64,000 nucleotides of DNA from Catajapyx aquilonaris. Lineage: Eukaryota. The notes under the pieces are model-generated. The model had not been told where the DNA came from. It saw only the letters and a list, made by a program, of their open reading frames with translations, and ran no database searches. A program made the translations under genes and the position numbers. Below, in pieces: positions 1 to 9,600 of the stretch (position 1 is its first letter; the number at the start of each line of letters is the position of its first letter). The stretch spans positions 1 through 64,000 of the forward strand of contig KZ538426.1 in the NCBI GenBank assembly GCA_000934665.2. The letters are read 5' to 3'.

Positions 1-38
1 CTACATTCTGTCCCTGATTATCTTCAAGGATTTCTTTG
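1..38 (+). CDS. ATP9: Penultimate coding exon (5'-truncated by the window edge) of an ATP9-class P4-ATPase phospholipid flippase
   Basis: The frame from position 2 reads YILSLIIFKDFF, followed by G|GTATGT (donor at 39). It splices in phase 1 to AT at 224 to give Asp. It resembles the recalled human ATP9A stretch YIASLVFLHEFID. Confidence 0.88.
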
Positions 39-223
39 GTATGTTTGCTCTTTCTAGATTGAATCAGGAATGTACTGTACTTGACCTTGATATAAGGTAA
101 TTTTATGAGGCTATGAGTCTATTTTAACACACAAAAGTTCGTGCCATTGAGAGTACATTACTGTCATGCACATGGCCATATTTACATTGCTTGTATTTAT
201 AATTGTAATCTTTATTGTTGCAG
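39..223 (+). other. 185-bp GT-AG intron of the ATP9 gene
   Basis: Starts GTATGT and ends with T-rich TCTTTATTGTTGCAG. Splicing preserves the reading frame of the ATP9-like C-terminus. Confidence 0.87.
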
Positions 224-357
224 ATCCGGAGTTTATAAGGACAGGAGACTTCCTCTGGAAGGTGCTGGTAGTGACACTAGTCAGTTGCTGCCCACTCTAC
301 ATACTCATCTTCTTGAAGAAGAAATTCTCGCCACCTAATTATTCAAAGCTCATGTAG
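224..357 (+). CDS. ATP9: Last coding exon of the ATP9-class P4-ATPase (ATP9A/ATP9B/Neo1 family)
   Basis: Encodes (D)[43 protein letters not shown]. This closely matches the recalled human ATP9A C-terminus [45 protein letters not shown]. Confidence 0.93.
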
Positions 358-645
358 AATAAGAACATGGGTATTATTTTGCACCTGTCATTAGTATGAT
401 TATCACAACACTTTTCATGTCTTCAGTATTGTTGAATGACTTTTGTCTTATTGTCAGTTGAGTGATAATGTTTGCTGTGAAATCTCAGGAAATATCAAGG
501 AGAAGAGAGCTATTTTTATAAATACAGCAAATGCAAAGGATGACAATGTTTGTAAGGTGGACCTTGCTCTTTGCCTGTTCTGTACGTTAACACAGTTTAT
601 ACTTGTGCATTGTTATTACAGCTTGATGCTTACTTGATAAATGGA

Positions 646-651
646 ATTAAA
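646..651 (+). terminator. Candidate polyadenylation signal (ATTAAA) of ATP9
   Basis: ATTAAA lies ~290 nt after the stop codon, with T/GT-rich sequence downstream. Motif evidence only. Confidence 0.35.
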
Positions 652-717
652 AATAATAACTACTAGTCAACTAATTATATTGTAAATTTACTTTTACCCC
701 TTCCTCACTCCCTGTAT

Positions 718-1200
718 GTTTTTGTTTGTTTGTTTTATTATAATAATAATATATATATATTTTTAAATAATTGTGGGTAGTGCTTTTGACCCCTTGGGTA
801 CAAGCACAGACCTTTATTTTATCCATTGGTACATTTGTACATCGCGGGACCTTTCGCGAAAAGCCCGTGCCCACAGGCAGGGTGACAGGAGGGGATGTGC
901 AATGTGCAGTGCAAAGTTTCTAGTATGGTACTATATCGCTCAAAAACATAGAGGCGATTTTGCATTTGACTCGTGTGCAGCCTGCACTTGAATCAAATGC
1001 AAAATCGTCTCTATGTTTTTGAGCGATATAGTACCTAGTTTGTGAATTCCCCCGGGTGGATATGTCTAGCGAAAATCCACCTGTGACAAAGCCAGAGACG
1101 ACCCAACTCTGCACGAGATGAAGGGGGTGACCCCGGGCTGGGATCGACCCCGGGACCTTAACATCCGTGGGCGCATACGTTACCGCAGTGCCACTCCGCC
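718..1200 (-). mobile_element. tRNA(Arg)-derived SINE, probably carrying a Deu/Nin core domain, interrupted by a palindromic insertion
   Basis: The minus strand starts GGCGGAGTGGCACTGCGGTAACGTATGCGCCCACGGATGTTAAGGTCCCGGGGTCGATCCCAGCC. It has an A-box-like TGGCACTGCGG and a B-box-like GGGTCGATCCC at tRNA spacing, and aligns by eye with tRNA-Arg(ACG). A central body follows, then an AT-rich/(CAAA)n tail near 718-770. The 3' boundary is approximate. Confidence 0.75.
927..1035. repeat. 109-bp near-perfect palindrome (54-bp arms, 1-nt centre), MITE-like insertion
   Basis: GGTACTATATCGCTCAAAAACATAGAGGCGATTTTGCATTTGA...TCAAATGCAAAATCGTCTCTATGTTTTTGAGCGATATAGTACC, with 50/54 positions complementary. 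TAGT occurs on both flanks (921-924 and 1036-1039). Confidence 0.92.
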
Positions 1201-2620
1201 TCCCTCCCGTTATTAATAAGCAGTATTATTATTAGCACATGAATGTATTGTCAACAACTTGCAAAATGAAGGAGAAAATTGAGAGAGTACTCAAATTACA
1301 TGCAAATAGCATGTCATATTATGATACTTTTTGTCCTAAGAATCTTTTGAACTTGCCCTCAATAATACAGCTTTGAAATCAAGAGGGTTCTACCATTGAG
1401 CAGGTATCCATGTGAGGTTGATGAGGAAGACGATATCTGTGGTACATCTTAGTAGTCCTAAAGGCATGTTTAATGCATATTTCTTACAAAAAAAAAACTG
1501 TGAAACTTCTGCTCATAGAACTTTGCTTCAATCTAATTATTTTCGTTGCTTCATAAGAGAGATTCAGATTTGCAACTTGTGCTCTAAAAGTATCTTGATT
1601 TCTCAGACCATAATTTTTGGCTACCTCAATAGTAGTCTACATTGGATGCATAGGACCAGCGGCACCAGCACTGGTTAATAAATCCGCCTGCCTCCTTCCC
1701 ATTGGCTAATGTGTGCCTGAATCTACATCACTATAGGCACAGCTGCCTTGCTCCTTCCCACTACAACAATAACGTAGACTACTGTTTACAAGGAATAATA
1801 ATTCACTCCCATACTGAAATGCCAAGAAGGGTGAGCACAAATAATTATACAAGTACTTCATTTTTCTGTGAGTCTAGTATGGAGGTCGACACCTCACATC
1901 AGCTACCAGAAAGTGACGTTATATACACATGCTCTAAAATCTTAACCTCATATCTGCCTCACATAATCGTCATTTCGAATAGCAATAACTAATCAGTATT
2001 CAACACTGCCGCCTCTAATGTGCATACTATTACTGATCGGTGGCGCCAATCACTGAAGCGCCAACTGGCCCAACTGTGCTACATCACCCATGTAAATGCA
2101 ACAGTTCGCAACTCTCGTATAGATAATTGATAGTAGGCTATACTTGAGCCAGGAATGAGCAAAGTACATGCCGGTGTAAAAGATGAAACGTATTTATGTC
2201 ATTAGTCGTCCACGAGCACTTGTCACCTAATCCGGAAACCAATCTGCAATGTCGCGTGTGTATATAGTGAGTGGTCCACCACACATCCCTGCACATTTTC
2301 CTCCGTGTCAATCACCCGCAATTAAACAGCTAAGGTGGATATGACCTGGGATTTGGTCCATGTCCCTAATCTCGTTGGGATGCTGGTGGACCGCAGCAAC
2401 CGGATAGTATCCCTGCATAAATACCGGGTCTTGGGTCCGGTCCGGATTGAGTCTCCCTCCGGAGCACAATCCCCGTAACGCGATTAGGGATTGGATTCCG
2501 TCTGTTGCGTCTCCCTCTTACAGGATTTGCTCTTGGTAAGAGGGGGGGAACCAACCTATTTCCATATTATCGCTTTTGTGAGGAGGAAGAGGGGGTCACA
2601 CAGCATGGGCTGGATTCACA

Positions 2621-2653
2621 CGGTACCAACTCTATAATATAGAGTTGGTACCG
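2621..2653. repeat. 33-bp perfect palindrome (16-bp arms, 1-nt centre)
   Basis: CGGTACCAACTCTATA-A-TATAGAGTTGGTACCG. Confidence 0.95.
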
Positions 2654-2656
2654 CAT

Positions 2657-2739
2657 TAATGCACATTTTTCTAATAATACCCGATGTGACTAACATATTA
2701 TGTTAGTCACATCGGGTAGTATTAGAAAAATGTGCATTA
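2657..2739. repeat. 83-bp near-perfect palindrome (41-bp arms, 1-nt centre)
   Basis: TAATGCACATTTTTCTAATAATACCCGATGTGACTAACATA-T-TATGTTAGTCACATCGGGTAGTATTAGAAAAATGTGCATTA, with 40/41 positions complementary. Confidence 0.95.
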
Positions 2740-3319
2740 GTATGAAGCGATGAACAACCTGTTGCTGTATATAATCGACCCCTGCCGTTTCATGACATCA
2801 AAAATCGCCATTTTATTTTGAAAAAAGTAGACTATCGATTTTGCATTAGGACATACCACATTTTCCGTTCTCTTTTTTAATGACCCCATCAGTGGTGGTT
2901 CATGTCAGAGAAAATGAAGCAGCATGAGGCGAAAGAGCTCTCTCTTTTTTCCCTTCCCTTTCCTTATTCTGTTCCTATTCTCTAGTTGCGTGCTGTATCT
3001 TCCAAACTGGGGCTGAAGCCTCGCTTCGTAAGCTGATTTACCTCACTTTACTTTTAATGAAGGGAGCCCTGGAGGCATGACTGGCTGCAGCTTGCTAGCT
3101 CAGAAGAAGGAGCTAGCTTGCTAGGGCAGACTAGCTTTTCTCTTATTCCAGTCTGCAACATTTTCCACGCATTGCACTGAAATGGTTTAAATTTTTCATT
3201 AATTAAATCAGTCCCCGTTGCTATTTTTAAACTGTGGGTTGGCTCCGTTACAACTACCGTTGCTCCATGCCAGAGATAAGAAACAATTCTTGGAGATGAA
3301 TTTCTCTCCTGCTGAGACA

Positions 3320-3403
3320 CTGCTCGGGCCTCATCAGGGGTAGGACACCGCAATAAGCCTACCTTCGCAGGTGGGAAGGAAATAATAATAACAACAATAA
3401 TAA
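3320..3403 (+). mobile_element. Possible 3' end of a 5'-truncated non-LTR retroelement (stem-loops plus (AAT/AAC)n tail)
   Basis: Stem-loop GGTAGG...CCTACC (3339-3363) and CCTTC...GAAGG (3362-3379), directly followed by AAATAATAATAACAACAATAATAAT. Confidence 0.35.
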
Positions 3404-3428
3404 TGATTCCGTCTCATTACGAGTGGAG

Positions 3429-3625
3429 CCCGCCCCTGCTGCGGAGTGTGGGCCATTTTTTGAGGTTCAGAGAGAAGTATAGTGGGGGGGATAAAAAAGG
3501 GCCTGGCTTATTAGCCCAATTAGGCTGGTTGTTAATATATGGCAGGCGGGCGTGAGTGGTTAATAGGCGTCCCGGGGAGAGGAAGGGCCGTATAAAAGGC
3601 TGCCACACGGCGGCGGCCATTGTTC
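3429..3625 (+). promoter_or_regulatory. Candidate Pol II core promoter (GC box, CCAAT, GC box, TATA, Inr-like)
   Basis: CCCGCCCC at 3429, CCAAT at 3516, GGCGGGCGTG at 3545, TATAAAAG at 3591, and CCATT with its A at 3619 (28 nt after the TATA start). Confidence 0.45.
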
Positions 3626-6584
3626 CCGCTTTGTGGCCGCGCTCAGATTCAGATTGGGCTCATTGTCATGGGCCCACCAGCGCTGCATGCTGCCTTTCTG
3701 ACAAAATCACTCCATTCCGCACTCACGTACTGTACCGGGACCGTCAGGCCCACCACGGGGCAGACCCACGTTTCAGATTTTTGGGAAACACTCGTTCGCA
3801 CCCTTAATTTGCCCCCTCTGCATTGTATGGTCAAGTGGGGCTCAAGGCACGGAGGATTGTCTTTTGTTGAAAAAAGGGTGGCCAAAGTGTGCGGTTTGTT
3901 ACTTCAACAATGGCAATTACTTATTGTGCAAGGTGCGATCAGTGATTATTCTGGAATTAGTTATACTGGCCAACTTATACCAGCAGGTTATTAAAAACAT
4001 ATTCTTGATCAGTTTTTACGTGCCAGTTGACCATTGTAGCTTTGACATTTGTGGACATTCACATTGCCTTTCTAATGTTCAATAGGCATTCAAATTTTGA
4101 TTGTGTATTAGACATACTACGTATATTATAGTGTGTTGCAGTCCATTGTCACATTAATTTGATGTTGACTGAACATTTTGAAAATGACTAAAACGATTCG
4201 CACACTTCTCAATCTTCTTCCTGAAGGTACACTGAACATTCTTGTGCACTGATGAGGAAAATGAGGCACTATGCGGACTCGTCATTGTATACCTCCTGGG
4301 TATATGTGCAGTTTCCTGTGATTAGTTTATTTACTCTTCTTGAACAATCCTGTAAAAGTCATTAGCCTGCATTTAGAGCTCGCCCAAGTGCATATCCTCC
4401 ATCAATGTTCGGAACCGGATTCTTTGCATGAATATCTCGGACATGGAATGAAACATCCATATCCCCCCTACCTCTATATCCACCATCCTTCCATTCTTTT
4501 CCTCCCCTTCTCCAGAGTGTCCCAGCCGGATATGAAAGATCCCCGACTCGAATCCAAACAGCCCCAGGACCCAGAGCTGTCCCCCCCTATCGCGCTACTT
4601 AATTTCGCAACTGCCTGCAAAAGAAAAAAGGGAAGAAAAGTTGGCGAAGGGAGGACTTGCCTCCAGCATCAAACTAGGCCTGGAAGCCATGCCCTCCAAG
4701 AGTGTGGCGGCCATCTTGCAGTGGCATATATGGGCTGGGCGAATAGGGCTCGGGGGCCAAAGAATCAAAGTCCGCAGCTGATGTGGCCTGGCCGAGTCCC
4801 TCTTGTTTGCTTCTCTCGCCAGACAGATATTAACCGCGGACTCGCAGGCCCAGAGGAGACCTAGAACCGCCGACACCTCAACTTCCTCCATCTAATATGC
4901 CCCGCCACTTGCAATCCTTTCGGTTGCCCTGTTCCGCACTTCATTTCAAACGCTCAGAACCCACTTTTGTCAGCACCTAGTGCATATAATTACACCGCAA
5001 GTTGGGAGGAAGCTCCAGTGGACATAGGTGTGTGCCAGAGGTCATCTCCGGGCGGTCAAATCTGCGAGAAGCAGGCGGGAAGCAAATCTGTACCAGTCTA
5101 TAGGTCAGAGGCTATATAGACCACTGTGGTTTCATTAGAAGCTGTGGGCAAACATATACATTTCTTACTGGTAATTTCATAGGGACGTATATCTACTGTA
5201 AGTAAAAAATTACTTTTTGTAGTTTTCTGGCATTGCATAACAGGTGCATGAGCTGTATGGCGTGCCATGGCTGCAAGAATTGGCGTTTTTTTTAAATCGT
5301 TCAGTTTGCAATAATGTGTATTAGCGGTGTTAATGTGCCTCTGTGAATGTATTAGCTTCAGGCAGTATGAATAAGAAGCAGAAAAAGGGGCAACACCTCA
5401 CGCTAAATTAATATTTAAATATCCTGTTTATTATAGAGCAACAGTGGTCGAAAACGGGCATTACGAAGATAATCAAACTAGATTATCTCTGTAACGAGGC
5501 ATTTTTTTGTTTTAGTGCCTTGTAAATGACACGGAAGTCCCGCTGATATAAGTCTGATAATGTGGGTGGAAGTGGCATAACCAGCACTGTATTCCTTATC
5601 CACTTGGGCAACACAAAAAGTCACGCATTCTACGATTATGTTCGAAGTAGACACAAATTTTAGGAAGAACTACTAAGCGCTTATTAATTTGACATTTATT
5701 AATTTTTCCAATCACTCTTTCAAGGGCGATCGATCACTACTGCTGCTGCTGCTGTTTGTAAGTGAAGATTCACCCATAAATTTTAATACATAATCCAATA
5801 CAGTATGATCTAGACGCCTGTCATGGCCCGAGGTTATTCTCAACAAGCGCCAAAACAAGAACGCGTGGAAAAGGGCCAGAACTCCAGACACCACAGCACC
5901 ACTCCTACACTATATAGTCGCTGCGAGACGAGCAAACTACTTGTTTACTACTTGCTCTACGCACGATCCCCGAACTATTATGCACTATATATACCCCTGG
6001 AAGAGAGAGAGCAGCAACAGAGGGGGGGGGAAAAATTATTCAGCCAACCAGGCCTTTCCCCTATGGGCCTTTCAACCTGTTACGTGTTTCTGATGTTTGT
6101 AGGATGCTCTGGACCGCTCCACACTTGGGGGATCATACACTCGCCACCAGGCATCAACGGAATGCATATGAGGACATATGGTACGGCTCTCAAGAATGGC
6201 GCCTTTTCAGATTTATTTGCAGAGTCTGTAAGGGGGCTGGAGACAAAAGGGGTTATCAGGTGTTGGCTACTGCTTTTATTCAGTGACGTCCATGGATTCG
6301 ATTGGAAAGAGGGGAGGGTTCATCCTGGGGTTCAGATCCCAAGTCCAAACGCCCCGGGGCCGGGAAGGGACCGGAACCCACCGCCTGCTGCATGTCTCCC
6401 AAGGGACAGCCGAGGGGACCACCAAGAATGACTGGATCAGTGGGGTGCACAAAGGATGCCTTGGGGCCATGCAGCATCCATTTCTTGCCCAGTCAGCCAT
6501 CCTGACCAGCCTGCAACCAACCCTACAGGGCATAAAACCCTGGTTGTATGGGCAATAACAAACGGGTTTTTTCAACAAAAAAAA

Positions 6585-6611
6585 NNNNNNNNNNNNNNNN
6601 NNNNNNNNNNN
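6585..6611. other. Assembly gap (27 N) between an A-run and a G-run
   Basis: Run of n characters in the sequence. Confidence 0.99.
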
Positions 6612-9600
6612 GGGGGGGGCTAAAGCACACATTTGGGACATTCCCGGAATATGTGGGCATTAATTATCGGCCGGAGCATTATTCGCGTCTTGGTCGAGAC
6701 AAAATGGGTCTGATTACGAAATGAGCCTGGCGGCAAAAGAATCGCAGCGCGGTCATTACTGAAATTAATACCTTAGTAGGCCTTGACAAGCCAAGTGGAA
6801 ATGTTACCTACGTGATGAATGCCAGCCCTCCCCATTGCCTCCCTCCCCACCCTTCCCCCATCCACCGCTCGCATACTCTTCATCCAACCAGATATATGTC
6901 AAAATGACACAACTGCGTTGCCTCCGACTGACTTGTTGACAGGCTCCCTCGAGTTTCACTCAGTTCTTATACGCGATTTTTGCAGCCAAATTTTTTTTTT
7001 GGAAAAAATAATTATGTCCAAAAAAATATGAAAATGCAATGCTGATGGTTGATGGTAGCCTAATACGTATTATTGGATTTGTCGAACCTGTCTTATTGTT
7101 GAGGTCACCTGACATAGCACCTTGTCTACTACTATTTCTGTCTCTCTCTTTCCCTCTCTCTCTCTCTCCCTCTCTCGCTGGGCTGTCCGCAAAGCCGAGT
7201 GCAGCATTGATTCTGGCTCGGGGCGGGCGCCAATTAGAAAGACCCTTGGAAAAAATAATAATGAGCTAGGAGGGAGTTTGGGGATGGTATAGAGTAGGGG
7301 GTGGAGCGGGAATGGGAAGGGAGGAGAGGGAGAGAGGTGGGTGGTGGGGAGCTCGGATCTAACGAACCGGAATCGAGGGAATTTTGCGGGACGAATGTTG
7401 GGAATAGGCTGAGGCAATCCAAGAAAACCTTCCAAACTTGAAACTTGCCACTTTGTGACACATCATTATATCCAGCCCCTTTAAGCTTTAGTAACTAAAA
7501 CACCATGTAATTAATTGGATCTTGATATAGGTTCAATTTAGAAAATTTTCTGCTACAATTACACAGGGTATATTTCAGAGCAGTTTCTCCAAGCCTTGAT
7601 GACCACAATCCTCTGTTGTATACACACAAGACAATGCTCGTCTTAAGACCCCCGGACCCACTGAAGCCAAACGGATCTTCCCCCAAAAATAGGCTTTTCC
7701 CCTCTCCCTCTCTCCCTCTCTCTCCCTGCTTCCTTCTCTCTTATTCCAGACTCCCTTCCCATCATCTCGGCGAGCGGCTGTGTGTACGGAGCTGTAATAA
7801 ATATGTAAATTGTGCCCGTGCATATCGTGCAACGCGAGGCCCGAGGGCTCCGCCGCCCCGCCCGGCTCAAAGCGCGGCCTCGAAATTAATTATGTAGAAA
7901 CGCTCTCCGAGGCCTATGTTGTTGTTCAAAAAGTCTATTGAATCCGGGGGCCGCCCCGGGCCAGGTTCCGGATTTGGAGCTCTGACGGGGGAGGCTGGGG
8001 GAAAAGAGTGAGTTGGGAGGAGGGGGGGGGAGGTATAGGCTGTATCACTAGCACAGGGTGGTCCTCAATATTCTGTAACTGTTATAAGAAAAGGTCAATT
8101 CATGTCCTAAGGGGTTTGTTGCGTGCGGTCAGGATGAATCCCGTTTGATCTGTAACGACTCAATTCAGAGTTGACCTGATCTGTGACCGCCGCGTGCCTC
8201 ACTGGGAGGTCCTTTGTTTTTTTGTGTTTTTTTGAGGGAGTGACCACCTCTTTTCATTATCAAGATAATAGGAGCTAACAATGGAGATTTTTTTTGCGGG
8301 CTATTATCAATACACCTGTTGAATACGATTATGTTATTTGCGACACAATGCAAATTAGTTCTGTTCTGTGTGGTTCCGGTGTTTCACCGCCGCTTCTACA
8401 TTTCTGGTGCTATACGCATGTAGGCAAATAAAAAAAAAAAAGGTTGGAATGGTAGGGGGATGGGTGGGTGGAATAATAATAAACAAAAGAGAAAGGGCAG
8501 CCAACGGTGCAGCAGGCAATTGTGTACACTGTACGCACAGATCGGGCCGCCACCATAATGAATACCAAATCTGAAAGCCCATTGTAATTTTTATTTGGCA
8601 TAATGAGCTGGCATTTGGTACTGGTGTTTACCGCAATGAAAACTTCAACGCCTAAATAGACGCAGGTAAACAAAGCCTGGCTTCGGATCTCTTCCTGGAA
8701 AATCCTGCGGGCTCTTAATGAGACCGCTTTTAACAACATATACGCGTATAATAAAAACAGCCACATATATTCGGTTCATTATTTCACTCAATTTTACCTT
8801 TAATTGGGAATCGGCCATGCTGAGCCGATTAGGCACAGGTGTTATATAAAAAAAAGGTGAAAAATTAAGAAGGGATCGAGTGAGGAAAAAAATTTGAGTC
8901 ATAGGTCACTGGATCCCTGCTAGGAGCCGCACGCACCTGGGGGTTTCCAAGAATCCCCTATATACTTAAACATCAATAATTGTGTGCCTATATACTGCAA
9001 ATACCAGTCTTGCGAGTCTGCTGGTGTTGATCTGCCCACACCCAGTGACAACCGCACTCCAGCCAACCAAACTTGATTATTAGCCAATAAAAAATACGCA
9101 GGTAAAAACGCAGCAGGAGGGTTGGAGAACCCTGAAGTGGCGGCAGGTAATGGTAAATGTTGTTCTGATCTGACCTGAACTGGCTGGCACTTCATGGATT
9201 CTGGGCGGGGCAGAGGCAGCAGGCAAAGGGGCAAGAAGATGATGATGAAGGCGGGAGATCAGCACACGACGACCATCTATATAGCAGGGGGCCTCTCTCC
9301 CATTTTTTTTTTTGGAGATCCCAGTTTTTTGGTGCTCATATCCGGCGCAAGAATCCGGTCCGGACCACGCTCCCGGCTCCATTTGGAACACGCCCAGCGC
9401 GTGCTGGTATCATGCATTCTCATCCTTCATCTCTTTGGATATCCAGAGTAATGTTTGGAAAACGAACAATTGGGGGGGTTTGTCACCCATCGATATATCG
9501 CATTGTACCGTTTTCAGGACAGGCGTTAATTTTTCGGTGCCCAGAAACCGTGAGAAAGCAATTATCTGGCTCAAAAACAGTTCCGGCTGGCGGTATATTG

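Noticed and set aside
166..223. N-terminal hydrophobic part of ORF 166..357 ([19 protein letters not shown])
   Set aside because: This is the T-rich 3' end of the intron; similarity to ATP9 begins only after the CAG acceptor at 223.
1125..1200. Functional tRNA-Arg gene on the minus strand
   Set aside because: The acceptor, anticodon and T stems do not pair properly, the B box is mutated, and there is no oligo-T terminator. It is better explained as a SINE head.
4340..4891. 174-aa (+) and 98-aa (-) ORFs
   Set aside because: No recognisable domain and no coherent splice structure.
5823..6431. Longest ORF in the window (202 aa)
   Set aside because: No family resemblance; it runs through AG and G-homopolymer tracts and is compatible with chance.
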